The position numbers and the translations under genes are program-made. This document shows positions 55,079 through 63,560 of a stretch of DNA of 63,888 nt, piece by piece. How positions within the stretch are numbered: the first letter of the stretch is position 1; each line of letters opens with the position of its first letter. The stretch is from a virus (taxonomy: Duplodnaviria; Caudoviricetes): positions 1 to 63,888 of IMG/VR virus record IMGVR_UViG_3300012909_000005; one strand, written 5' to 3'. The notes beneath the pieces are model-generated. The model made no database searches. It was given only the letters and a program-made list of their open reading frames with translations, and had not been told where the DNA came from.

Positions 55079-55396
55079 TTAAAATAGTTGAGGTTGATTG
55101 AGAATAGCTTTTGACTCACCATTAGGGAAGTATTCAGATACGTAATCACGCATCCTCTGAATTCCAGGTTCGTTACTTTCTATGTGATTGAGCCTGTAAC
55201 GGAAGTAGCAACCGGGTAGACCGCATTCAGCCACGAATTCCACCCTATCCCGACTAACGACGACATCGAATTTTTGCTCAATCTGGCGGCTAACCTCTCT
55301 CGGTAAATTTGTAACTCTGAATCTCTTGAATCCATCCATGATCGTAAGCACTTCGCCATTAAGGAGAGCTTTTGCTATATGTGCCGTTTTTGTCAT
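55079..55396 (-). CDS. Winged-HTH phage protein
   Basis: IAKALLNGEVLTIMDGFKRFRVTNLPREV...FRYRL. Confidence 0.65.
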   Translation of the reverse strand: MTKTAHIAKALLNGEVLTIMDGFKRFRVTNLPREVSRQIEQKFDVVVSRDRVEFVAECGLPGCYFRYRLNHIESNEPGIQRMRDYVSEYFPNGESKAILNQPQLF

Positions 55397-55430
55397 CGAT
55401 TTTACTTTTTACATTCAGGCCCATTAAAGC

Positions 55431-55673
55431 CTATTTCAAATCACTTTCTTCGGCTGTTTTCAATTTCGATAATATCTGCAAAAGTTCTTCAAATGCCGTG
55501 TCCGATACTGTAAAGCGGACTTCTTCCACGGACCGCTCCCGGATTATCTCTCCCTCGGTACTATACCTATATTGAGGTTTATCTACAAGGAAAATAAGTT
55601 CCTGCCACCGTTTGTATTCCTCTTTATCTTTTGAATAAAGGATATTTGTTCTTACTGATATTAAGTGGTTCAT
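55431..55673 (-). CDS. Hypothetical protein
   Basis: Coupled ORF. Confidence 0.6.
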   Translation of the reverse strand: MNHLISVRTNILYSKDKEEYKRWQELIFLVDKPQYRYSTEGEIIRERSVEEVRFTVSDTAFEELLQILSKLKTAEESDLK

Positions 55674-55996
55674 AGGATAGTGTTTGGTTCAAAGATTATG
55701 ATCCTTACATCTCCTTCTCTCCAATCGAAGGCTATCATTACTCCATCAGCCATTATTTTATCTTGGGCTGTAAAGTTGTGCCACTTTTGAGGCAAGATAT
55801 ATGATCCTTTCATAATAGCTACAGGATAATTCCCGCACGTACGTATGTCCGTATCGGTAGAACCATAAGAATATCCATTGTCTTTTAGCCATCGTTGGGC
55901 TTCATACATGGCCCCGAACGTAACGCCCTCTGGCTTGTTAAAAGTCATTTCACTCTTTACTTTACGCTTATTCCAAAGTTTAGCTGCTGTATTCAT
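55670..55996 (-). CDS. Conserved hypothetical phage protein
   Basis: TFGAMYEAQRWLKDNGYSYGS...KWHN...DGV...WREG.V. Confidence 0.65.
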   Translation of the reverse strand: MNTAAKLWNKRKVKSEMTFNKPEGVTFGAMYEAQRWLKDNGYSYGSTDTDIRTCGNYPVAIMKGSYILPQKWHNFTAQDKIMADGVMIAFDWREGDVRIIIFEPNTIL

Positions 55997-56100
55997 TGAT
56001 TAATTTTTGACATAACTATTATGAATAATAAAATTATTACTATAAACACTATAGCACCAATGCCTTCACTATTTTGATTTACGAACTCCCAAAAGTTCAT
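55993..56100 (-). CDS. 35-aa single-pass membrane peptide (not in ORF track)
   Basis: MNFWEFVNQNSEGIGAIVFIVIILLFIIVMSKINQ; 7 nt after sigma stop, ATGA-coupled downstream. Confidence 0.6.
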   Translation of the reverse strand: MNFWEFVNQNSEGIGAIVFIVIILLFIIVMSKINQ

Positions 56101-56107
56101 CGGCTTT

Positions 56108-56608
56108 TTATCTCTCATTGATTTTACTTTTTAACCACTTGATGGCCCTTGTCTTTTGATTCAAGGCCGTTTGCTTGGAGATGCTTAGAATGTTGGCTAT
56201 CTCAGTGCTTTTCTTACCGGCCATGTATAATTCAAAAACCTTTCTTCTTTCCTCCGGCAAGTCGCAAATCAATTTGGCTATTGATTCTACTGATTCCCGG
56301 TCCGATATAATAGAGTCTAATGAATAATAGCCACCGTACTTCTTTTCATCATACTCCATCAATACAATAGCGCCATATTTATCAGATCGTATCTTTCTAA
56401 AATAATCAGTACATTTATTAGCTATACATATGCATAGATAAGCCTCCAAGCTTGACTCTTTTACCTCTTTTATTCTCCAAAGCTGTATAAAAACATCCTG
56501 GACTATCTCCGTTGCCACGCACTCATTTTTTGTTCTTCTGAAGGCCATCCTGAAAAGACGATCATAATACTTATCCCAATATACTTTTAACTGATCTGAA
56601 CTAAGCAT
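56108..56608 (-). CDS. ECF-type sigma-70 factor
   Basis: YYDRLFRMAF...EIVQDVFIQLW...NKCTDYFR; LPEERRKVFEL...KSTEIANILSISKQT. Confidence 0.9.
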   Translation of the reverse strand: MLSSDQLKVYWDKYYDRLFRMAFRRTKNECVATEIVQDVFIQLWRIKEVKESSLEAYLCICIANKCTDYFRKIRSDKYGAIVLMEYDEKKYGGYYSLDSIISDRESVESIAKLICDLPEERRKVFELYMAGKKSTEIANILSISKQTALNQKTRAIKWLKSKINER

Positions 56609-57122
56609 TGTCCGGTATTTTAAGATTAGCAAATGCAGTTCGTATTTGTTTTAAGGCATAACATTTATGCTCCTTTACTGTATATTTGCTTATATTTAAT
56701 TCTTCGGCTATTTCTCCATTCTTCATCTCATCTATCCATGCCATTTTAAAAACCTTTTGTCGAACTGGTGGCAATAAATTAACCTCTCGCATGACAAGTG
56801 CTATAAACTCTGAATGAACCATTCTATTAAGAACATCGCCTCCTGTTCTTTCGTCCAATACATATTTAACATCTTTTTCATATCCATGTATAACCTTTGC
56901 ATGCCTACAAACATTCCTACATTTGTTCATCACTGTAACAAATAGAAAGGATTTCACAGTATGTATTTCGGTTCTGTCCATTCTTAAAAAGAGGGACAAA
57001 TACGTATCCTGCACTATATCTTCAGCCTCCTGCTTACTTTTTACAAATCCTATTGCCAGAAAGCATAATTGACTGTAGAACTTTTTAAAATAAAAATTAA
57101 AGGTTGATACATCAATAGCCAT
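56601..57122 (-). CDS. ECF-type sigma-70 factor (Bacteroidota expansion type)
   Basis: FYSQLCFLA...EAEDIVQD...KSFLFVTVMNKCRN; LPPVRQKVFKM...MKNGEIAEELNISKYTVKEH; likely ATG 57122. Confidence 0.9.
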   Translation of the reverse strand: MAIDVSTFNFYFKKFYSQLCFLAIGFVKSKQEAEDIVQDTYLSLFLRMDRTEIHTVKSFLFVTVMNKCRNVCRHAKVIHGYEKDVKYVLDERTGGDVLNRMVHSEFIALVMREVNLLPPVRQKVFKMAWIDEMKNGEIAEELNISKYTVKEHKCYALKQIRTAFANLKIPDNA

Positions 57123-57142
57123 GAGTAAATAGGATTGATGAC

Positions 57143-57174
57143 CAAATGTAAAGAGAGATAAAATAACTTCCAAA
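57143..57174 (-). promoter_or_regulatory. Bacteroidota promoter TTTG-N20-TACATTTG driving sigma operon
   Basis: CAAATGTA 57143-57150 and CAAA 57171-57174 on +. Confidence 0.75.
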
Positions 57175-57202
57175 TAAATTTTATACTTTTAATAAAAGAT
57201 TT

Positions 57203-57210
57203 TATATTTG
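57203..57210 (+). promoter_or_regulatory. -7 element TATATTTG (divergent promoter)
   Basis: 4 nt upstream of RHH ATG 57215. Confidence 0.7.
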
Positions 57211-57214
57211 CTCC

Positions 57215-57376
57215 ATGAGTACGACAAATACAGCCAAAGATTATGTTTACCCATTAAAGATTGATTCGGCTTTAATAGTTCGATTAAAAGAACTTGCCGC
57301 TAAAAACAGGAGGACGATACGGGGGGAAATATCAATAGCTATTGAAAATCATTTGATAAAGAATAAAAAGAAATAG
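57215..57376 (+). CDS. 53-aa Arc-like ribbon-helix-helix regulator (not in ORF track)
   Basis: MSTTNTAKDYVYPLKIDSALIVRLKELAAKNRRTIRGEISIAIENHLIKNKKK; abuts the ninG ATG. Confidence 0.8.
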   Translation: MSTTNTAKDYVYPLKIDSALIVRLKELAAKNRRTIRGEISIAIENHLIKNKKK

Positions 57377-57952
57377 ATGGGCTACGGATCTACAATAAGA
57401 CCCAAACTTGGGGTATGCAATCATCCAGGATGCTCATACAAAGGACCCTTAACTAAGGGTAAGTGCCAACCGCACTATTGGACAGGCATCAAATTAAAAT
57501 CCGCCGCCAAGTTCGAAGAGCGGGATTTGGAGCAAAACGAAAACCTGTCTACGGTTATTGATGATTTGGACGTAATTTTTAGTCAATATATAAGGCTAAA
57601 GGCATCCGATGAAAATGGGTATTGTGTGTGTTACGGATGTTCGAAAGGTTACTATTGGACCGAAATGGAGTGCTGTCATTATATCCCTAGGATACACAAG
57701 AATACCAGATTTTTAGAAGAGAATTGTTTTTGCGGTTGCCATTCTTGCAACAAAAACGACGGAGGCAAACTCAGCTCATACAGTGTCCACTTTGGAAATC
57801 TTATTGAGCGGGATCGGGTAGGGGGAGTAGAGCTGCTTGAAGAGCAAGCCAGAACAGAATATAACTATACTGTTTCGGAAATAAAAGAGCTTATATCCCA
57901 CTACAGCAAAGAAGTTCGGGTAATGAGAAAGAAAAAACCAATGAAAATATGA
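57377..57952 (+). CDS. ninG: NinG/Rap-like recombination endonuclease
   Basis: LDVIFSQYIRL...CVCYGC...CCHYIPR....TRF.EENC..GCHSCN. Confidence 0.85.
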   Translation: MGYGSTIRPKLGVCNHPGCSYKGPLTKGKCQPHYWTGIKLKSAAKFEERDLEQNENLSTVIDDLDVIFSQYIRLKASDENGYCVCYGCSKGYYWTEMECCHYIPRIHKNTRFLEENCFCGCHSCNKNDGGKLSSYSVHFGNLIERDRVGGVELLEEQARTEYNYTVSEIKELISHYSKEVRVMRKKKPMKI

Positions 57953-58176
57953 GCTACTATTCCTGTATAAGATGTGTGACTACTTGGGGAGCCGTATTGT
58001 CAGTGGAAAGAATCTCCGGGAATTCAATTTGTGTTTCCGACCCCAATGCTGTAGATGCCGGGATGTACATAGGGGTAAGAGATATTCAGACTATGTGGAA
58101 GATTAGACTTTACGCAGACTGTAGCCACACTCAATATACAAACAAGGAATGGGCTAAAATTGAACAATACTTTTAA
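57949..58176 (+). CDS. Hypothetical protein
   Basis: ATGA-coupled to ninG. Confidence 0.5.
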   Translation: MSYYSCIRCVTTWGAVLSVERISGNSICVSDPNAVDAGMYIGVRDIQTMWKIRLYADCSHTQYTNKEWAKIEQYF

Positions 58177-58185
58177 GTACTATAT

Positions 58186-58593
58186 ATGGAAGAAGAGACA
58201 ATTGAAGGCAACCGGCTTATATCTCAATTTATGGGAGGCTATTTACGGGATCAAGGTCATGGCGATATGGTTTGGGATCACGAAAACTACATGTCGCCGG
58301 TTATTTGTAAAGGCGAGTATGATCTTATGTATCATCGAGAGTGGGGATGGATTATGCCCGTAGTTGAGAAGATATCCCGCATTGAGTTTGAACGGCGCTT
58401 TGATGAAGACCAAGGCAAATGGATAATATACACTTTTCATCCGGTTACATTCGGTATGTTAGATGAACAAGGGCGGCCCATGGTTAGATTTTATTGCAAC
58501 CAACTTCATTTTGGGGATACGCTGATTGAGGCCACATGGGACGCGGTGGTAGACTTTATAAAATCGAACGGACATGAGCAGAAAGCAAGTTAA
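58186..58593 (+). CDS. Conserved Bacteroidota phage protein (EGN.LI..FMG...YH..W.W.MPVVEKI type)
   Basis: Recognisable motif set. Confidence 0.7.
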   Translation: MEEETIEGNRLISQFMGGYLRDQGHGDMVWDHENYMSPVICKGEYDLMYHREWGWIMPVVEKISRIEFERRFDEDQGKWIIYTFHPVTFGMLDEQGRPMVRFYCNQLHFGDTLIEATWDAVVDFIKSNGHEQKAS

Positions 58594-58771
58594 CATAAAC
58601 GATAGTTTTAGTAAGCTGATGCATGCCGTATTCCCTTCCTATCTTGGCAAGCTCATAGAACGAACGGATACCGGATACAAGGTATTCGATATCGTACACC
58701 ATAGCTGGGAAGAAGCTACTAAAGCAGTGGATCAGCATTTTGAAATAATTGAAAAATCTATAAAGCCTTAA
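58574..58771 (+). CDS. Hypothetical protein
   Basis: Coupled ORF. Confidence 0.55.
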   Translation: MSRKQVNINDSFSKLMHAVFPSYLGKLIERTDTGYKVFDIVHHSWEEATKAVDQHFEIIEKSIKP

Positions 58772-58772
58772 T

Positions 58773-59468
58773 ATGAGTAAAGAATTTATCTGGGACGACG
58801 AAAAAGTTGAGAAGTACGCAGAAACGCACCAATTTCAAAGCATGGAAGACTTCAAGAAACAATTCTCCCCCGAACCAGAATGGAAGATAGTAGCATATCG
58901 TGAGCCGGGTAAGATAGGTAAAGTGATTAAAGAAACAAGTTATAGTTGGAATTATGCGGTCAAAAACTGGATAATATTTTCGGTAAAGAGGATATCAGAT
59001 AGTGAAATATTTAGCATCGGGGACTTACATAAATCAACTCTCAACATGCGAAAGGATTGGCCACCATGTAAAATAACTAAGTTCATTATAGCAGACGACG
59101 GAACTATGATTACAGAGAATGACGGGAACTGCCGCAATCCTCTACATCAAATAGAGAAGGTAAAAGAATCTATCCCATTATTTACTACAGAGGACAATGT
59201 CCCGGTTTTTGAAGGTATGGAATATTGGTATGTAAGCTGCAATAGTTGGAAACTGCTTAAATGCGGCCCTGCAAAAATAAATGCAGTAGACGTTGCAGAT
59301 GGGTGGTTTTTCTCAACTAAAGAAGCCGCCGAAGATTATATAGTAGTATATAAACCTTGTCTAAGTATTTGGGATATAGCATGCAGTACGATTCCAGCAT
59401 CAGCAGCCAACTCATTAATGGATCAATTAAAATCCATAGTCAAAATAAAGATAAAGACTGATCAATAA
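58773..59468 (+). CDS. Conserved Bacteroidota phage protein
   Basis: IFSVKRISDSEIFSIGD; LFTTEDNVPVFEG; FSTKEAAEDYI...KPCLS. Confidence 0.7.
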   Translation: MSKEFIWDDEKVEKYAETHQFQSMEDFKKQFSPEPEWKIVAYREPGKIGKVIKETSYSWNYAVKNWIIFSVKRISDSEIFSIGDLHKSTLNMRKDWPPCKITKFIIADDGTMITENDGNCRNPLHQIEKVKESIPLFTTEDNVPVFEGMEYWYVSCNSWKLLKCGPAKINAVDVADGWFFSTKEAAEDYIVVYKPCLSIWDIACSTIPASAANSLMDQLKSIVKIKIKTDQ

Positions 59469-59474
59469 AAGCAT

Positions 59475-59681
59475 ATGTCAACCGCAAGAGAAAATTATAT
59501 CGAAATGCACCAACACAGGATGTTCTTGTTTTTGCATGGCTTCCTGTCTGAGAAAGAAAACAATAATGTAAAGAAAAAATTAGATTCATATGCCAAGAAA
59601 AATAAAGTAGAAACGCTTTCTGAGCAGAATACCCGCCTCATGGCGCTTCGTAAAAAATCCCCACCCGAAGGCAGGGACTAA
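59475..59681 (+). CDS. Hypothetical protein
   Basis: LFLHGFLSEKENNNVKKKL. Confidence 0.55.
   Translation: MSTARENYIEMHQHRMFLFLHGFLSEKENNNVKKKLDSYAKKNKVETLSEQNTRLMALRKKSPPEGRD
59652..59678 (-). terminator. Intrinsic terminator with C(UUCG)G tetraloop
   Basis: TCCCTGCC-TTCG-GGTGGGGA-TTTTTT on minus strand after gene 59704. Confidence 0.85.
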
Positions 59682-59703
59682 GAGACAGCAGGTAGCTTAG
59701 GAC

Positions 59704-60255
59704 TTAAGACGGAGTGCCGTAAGTTGCGGTCAGAGACGTTGCTACACCGGTGGAAGGACCCTGGAAAACGAAGTTGTCGCTACCTGAGATAGTCGTTCCT
59801 TGGGGTGTAGTAGCTGTATAGCTGATAGTTGCGTTACCATTGGCCCCGGGGACCCGAGAAACGATAAACGCACCTTCTACCCCGCTAGGATCGGCTGCAA
59901 CAGTGGCGATAGTGGTATCGGAACTGGTGTAAAGCTCGGAACCTGCATTGATAGTCGAAATAGGTTCTACGGTAACATTGTCGGCAGCGAGTGGCACAAG
60001 CTGGCCGGGGACAGTGTTCTGTCCATCTAAAACTGTAATAGTCTGTGGCATGTTGATTTTTGTTTTATTTAAATAAACGAGTTGAATATCAGCGGAATCC
60101 GTCACAATTGCGTAGACGGCCTTCAAGTGGTGGGCTTTGGGTTTGCGTCGTTCCCGTTCCAGCTCCTGAAAAGTGAGCCGGTCTACGATGCCTACCAATT
60201 TTTCAATAAGCTCAAATTCCTGTTTTTCAAGGTGAGAGAGACCAAATAATGACAT
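59704..60255 (-). CDS. Ig-like (Big-type) domain protein with N-terminal helical extension; internal start at 60051 likely
   Basis: YTSSDTTIATVA...GNATISYTAT; A-rich AAATAAAACAAAAATCAAC before internal ATG. Confidence 0.7.
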   Translation of the reverse strand: MSLFGLSHLEKQEFELIEKLVGIVDRLTFQELERERRKPKAHHLKAVYAIVTDSADIQLVYLNKTKINMPQTITVLDGQNTVPGQLVPLAADNVTVEPISTINAGSELYTSSDTTIATVAADPSGVEGAFIVSRVPGANGNATISYTATTPQGTTISGSDNFVFQGPSTGVATSLTATYGTPS

Positions 60256-60326
60256 AAGGGGAGTTTTATAATAGACACCACAAATTAAGCCAAATTCACT
60301 AATCTAAACATTAAAAAATCGTAAAT

Positions 60327-60635
60327 ATGCCATGGATTAAGTCAACGGACCGTCCGCCAGCAAGGGATAATCCTTTTTGAATACCCCTGAGATGGGTATT
60401 CAAAGACCGGGTACCATACTACACTACAGGAAGGATAGAGGGTGGAATGGTGCGGGATTTAATATCGGATGAAGAAGAAGCCATAGCCCCGAATATTGAA
60501 TGGCTAGATGAATCCACAGGACCCGATCAAGATGAATTATGGGATGAGGTTGCTAAAATTCACTGTCACTGCGGCTTAAATTTTTCGTCGGCATTTGCCT
60601 CCCTTAAAGAAAAGTACAACATATCCCGTAAATAG
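60327..60635 (+). pseudogene. DUF551-like gene interrupted by in-frame TGA at 60378-60380
   Basis: MPWIKSTDRPPARDNPF*IPLRWVFKDRVPYYTTGRIEGGMVRDL...IEWLDES in one frame. Confidence 0.55.
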
Positions 60636-60646
60636 GGGGGGGGGGG

Positions 60647-60814
60647 CTAAAACCGAACCCAGTGTACCATATTGGCCAAATAAAGTATAGCCACGATTAT
60701 AACCAGCACCTGGATAATCTGCTTTATAGTTCCCGAAATGGGCAATAATGTAATCAGGTACAAAATCAGCCCGACTACGATCAACATGACGATTATACTA
60801 ATAAGTATTCCCAT
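60647..60814 (-). CDS. 55-aa two-TM membrane protein (Thivi_2564-like; not in ORF track)
   Basis: MGILISIIVMLIVVGLILYLITLLPISGTIKQIIQVLVIIVAILYLANMVHWVRF. Confidence 0.7.
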   Translation of the reverse strand: MGILISIIVMLIVVGLILYLITLLPISGTIKQIIQVLVIIVAILYLANMVHWVRF

Positions 60815-60822
60815 AAAGGGTA

Positions 60823-61110
60823 CTATGCAATTCCCGGGCCATCATCTTTCTTTTTGAATACTAGGGGTAGATACAAATGCTCATAATCGTCCCTTTCTTC
60901 AATAGTATCGAAATACCTTAGTGGATCTCCATCAGCATTGTAAGAGCATTCGATATCGTATAAGTATATGGCAATGTTGCGATTGTCAACGCGAACACCA
61001 TTATCATAAACTGCTTTACACACTGGGCACGGGCATCCGTCATCATTCCGAAAAAGAACGGACCCGATTTTTGATAGAAACCATTCCTCCCTTTCTGTTC
61101 TCTGTATCAA
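60823..61110 (-). CDS. Hypothetical protein with CxCxxC
   Basis: GCPCPVC; coupled ORF. Confidence 0.6.
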   Translation of the reverse strand: MIQRTEREEWFLSKIGSVLFRNDDGCPCPVCKAVYDNGVRVDNRNIAIYLYDIECSYNADGDPLRYFDTIEERDDYEHLYLPLVFKKKDDGPGIA

Positions 61111-61349
61111 AAGTTATATGGTTTAAGTGTTGCATTGTATTGCCCTGGATACACAGAAGTGCAGTAATAGATAATTAAAAGCGGTTCGAAATTCTTTCCC
61201 TTCATCCGCCAGACCATCTCCTTTGTCTTTATTTTTTTCATCCGCCTCATGAATGACTTCTTAGATAGCTTCACCTTGTCCCCAACCTTGAAAGGAGATA
61301 CTTCCTGCCGCCTTGGTATCGTTATCGTAACTGACTGTCCGTAGTTCAT
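61107..61349 (-). CDS. Hypothetical basic protein (FKVGDKV)
   Basis: Coupled ORF. Confidence 0.55.
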   Translation of the reverse strand: MNYGQSVTITIPRRQEVSPFKVGDKVKLSKKSFMRRMKKIKTKEMVWRMKGKNFEPLLIIYYCTSVYPGQYNATLKPYNF

Positions 61350-61355
61350 TTTTTA

Positions 61356-61559
61356 TTAGATATTATGGGGGTTCTGTATTTCCGGTTGAGGCAGATAACT
61401 TGTAATCACCATGTTGTTCCCGTCCAAATAACTTTTAGTAAATGCCCGCCCAAGCATAATTAGATCATTCATTACGGATGGCTCATATTTGAAAGGGATT
61501 TTTACTGATCTTTTTTCAAATTGCCGCCTACTGAAATATTGTTTCGATCTTGGCGTCAT
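61356..61559 (-). CDS. Hypothetical protein
   Basis: Packed operon. Confidence 0.5.
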   Translation of the reverse strand: MTPRSKQYFSRRQFEKRSVKIPFKYEPSVMNDLIMLGRAFTKSYLDGNNMVITSYLPQPEIQNPHNI

Positions 61560-61572
61560 AATGTGGAATATA

Positions 61573-61776
61573 TTAGGGTTGTGTTAATGCGCGATATGTT
61601 TGACTGATTTGATCGGCCACATTTTGGGTTAGCTGAATCATCTCGCCAGTGCCTGCTCCAATGTCTGTAAACCCCTCAACGGGCCTAAGATACCTTACAC
61701 CTGCTATTTCTTGAACATACGTCATCTTCCCGTTGTATAAAGCCAAATCACGGTTCATTATCAATTCTAACTTCAT
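61573..61776 (-). CDS. Hypothetical protein
   Basis: Packed operon. Confidence 0.55.
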   Translation of the reverse strand: MKLELIMNRDLALYNGKMTYVQEIAGVRYLRPVEGFTDIGAGTGEMIQLTQNVADQISQTYRALTQP

Positions 61777-61788
61777 AACCTATAAGTA

Positions 61789-61968
61789 TTAGAGAGTATT
61801 GTTCTTAAGCCTGATTTCCCATTTGGCGACTATGTGCTTAAAATCTTCGGCAGTGTGCGACATAAATAATTTTAAAGCACATCCATCTATCCAAAACATA
61901 TCCGAATCATCTTTCGTAAAAAGAGTCTTAAATCCACTAAACTGATATGCTATAATTGATTGATCCAT
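61789..61968 (-). CDS. 59-aa hypothetical protein (not in ORF track)
   Basis: MDQSIIAYQFSGFKTLFTKDDSDMFWIDG...; fills the gap in the operon. Confidence 0.5.
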   Translation of the reverse strand: MDQSIIAYQFSGFKTLFTKDDSDMFWIDGCALKLFMSHTAEDFKHIVAKWEIRLKNNTL

Positions 61969-61988
61969 AACCTATGTTTATTTAAGCG

Positions 61989-62261
61989 TTAGCGAAAATA
62001 GTCGGGGCCTTCAATTAATCCAACGCCCAAGCCGACTTCATTTTGCACATAATGACAGCGTGTACATTTGTAAGAATTCCACTTTGAATATCTAAAATAT
62101 CCTACAAATTTATGGCCCCCTAATTTGCAAAGCATTTCATCAAACCAACTAGGTTTTCCCCGGAACCTACATTCGCATGGGGGATAGTATCCATTAAGCG
62201 CGGTATCGAACACGATAAAGTGTATCGTCGCCCCACAGCAATTGCATTTTTTAGGACTCAT
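61989..62261 (-). CDS. Cys-rich zinc-binding hypothetical protein
   Basis: CNCC, CEC, LCKLGGHKF...CTRC. Confidence 0.55.
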   Translation of the reverse strand: MSPKKCNCCGATIHFIVFDTALNGYYPPCECRFRGKPSWFDEMLCKLGGHKFVGYFRYSKWNSYKCTRCHYVQNEVGLGVGLIEGPDYFR

Positions 62262-62290
62262 AACTAATTAGTATATTTAGATGTTATATA

Positions 62291-62548
62291 TCATTTCTTG
62301 TGAGCCGTGAGCCATTGGAGCCGATCTATCTTGCCCATTTTATCCCAATTTTCAGGGAAAGGGACTTCATCTTTCGCAGAGGCATTTTTAGGGTGCCTGG
62401 CAAGGGCAGCGGCATCAATCTGATCCGTTACGACAAGCCTACCGTTATTTGATGAAACCGGCTTAAATCCTTCATCTATAGCCTCTTTAAGTTCCTTGAA
62501 GGACGACACTATTTTCCGGGGTCTTCCCCTTTTCTTTTTCTCAGTCAT
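62291..62548 (-). CDS. Small protein with AT-hook
   Basis: KKKRGRPRK. Confidence 0.65.
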   Translation of the reverse strand: MTEKKKRGRPRKIVSSFKELKEAIDEGFKPVSSNNGRLVVTDQIDAAALARHPKNASAKDEVPFPENWDKMGKIDRLQWLTAHKK

Positions 62549-62741
62549 TTTCGTAAAAGATTTTATTTTTAGGAATGTTGTAAGTTTTTATAAGTTCCTG
62601 AACAGATTCGTTAAATAATTCGTATTGGTTAAACTTTTTGCAAAAAACAATATAACCACCGCTCGTTACCGCAACGGCCATGTCGTTTTCATCGAGCATG
62701 GATATTCCCATAGCGACACTATCTTGTTTCTTTTCGGTCAT
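62541..62741 (-). CDS. Hypothetical protein
   Basis: Coupled ORF. Confidence 0.55.
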   Translation of the reverse strand: MTEKKQDSVAMGISMLDENDMAVAVTSGGYIVFCKKFNQYELFNESVQELIKTYNIPKNKIFYEND

Positions 62742-62751
62742 GTTTTTATTT

Positions 62752-63096
62752 TTACGACCCCATTAATAACCCTGTTGTTTGGTTTTCGTTGATTATGATC
62801 CCTTCGAAAAATAAGTCGTCAAGATCATGGCCCCAAATTCCGTGAAGCTCTGGGTTTGCGTAAACCTCATTTTTATAAGCAGCTGCGATTGGAACTAAAA
62901 TATCTGCCAAACTATGCGCCTTTTTTATGTTGACCGGAACCGGGTCACCCTCAAGCGGGTAAGTTATAAAAAAGGTCAAATCCTCGTATTCTTTTCTTAG
63001 ATATTGTTTCCCCTCAAGGCTTGTTAAAATGTGGTGAACGGGTGATTGAATGTCAGCCAATTGACCAACGTGAATGTTTAGAGAGTGTTTTTCCAT
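62752..63096 (-). CDS. Hypothetical protein
   Basis: ITYPL...GIWGHDLDDLFFEGI motif. Confidence 0.65.
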   Translation of the reverse strand: MEKHSLNIHVGQLADIQSPVHHILTSLEGKQYLRKEYEDLTFFITYPLEGDPVPVNIKKAHSLADILVPIAAAYKNEVYANPELHGIWGHDLDDLFFEGIIINENQTTGLLMGS

Positions 63097-63116
63097 TTTT
63101 ATTGTTTAAGTAGTTC

Positions 63117-63476
63117 TTATTGAAATAGTTCTACTCTTTTGCTGCCCAACGCGTGCAATTTTAGTTTGTCGGCCGCAGATATCGCCCGATCTTTCTCCAA
63201 ATGCCGCCCAGTGCGCTCCAACTCTTCGATACTCCCGGCGTTGTTTATCTCTTGTTCATATACTTCATAAGGGGTCTTAGGGACGACGGGGGCGATATAT
63301 GGAAGGGTAGACCCCAGCGCCTGCAATTGAGGGGCTACAACGAGCTTGTTTTGCCAATAATACGTATCCATGAGGTAGTCCACCACCTTCTGAGGTGAAG
63401 GAAGTTTTTCCTTTCGCTTAACTAATTCTAGTTTCTCAGGATCAAATCTAACACTTACCGGCTTAGTTCTTCCCAT
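63117..63476 (-). CDS. RHH-like DNA-binding protein
   Basis: Likely ATG 63476: MGRTKPVSVRFDPEKLELVKRKEKLPSPQKVVDYLMD. Confidence 0.65.
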   Translation of the reverse strand: MGRTKPVSVRFDPEKLELVKRKEKLPSPQKVVDYLMDTYYWQNKLVVAPQLQALGSTLPYIAPVVPKTPYEVYEQEINNAGSIEELERTGRHLEKDRAISAADKLKLHALGSKRVELFQ

Positions 63477-63495
63477 CTGTACTCTTTTAGTAATG

Positions 63496-63527
63496 CAAAT
63501 GTATTTTTTCTGTAGTTCATTTCCAAA
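63496..63527 (-). promoter_or_regulatory. Bacteroidota promoter TTTG-N20-TACATTTG
   Basis: CAAATGTA 63496-63503 and CAAA 63524-63527 on +; same -7 sequence and spacing as the 57143 promoter. Confidence 0.75.
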
Positions 63528-63560
63528 TAAATAACTAACTTTATCAAAAAACGTAACGAT

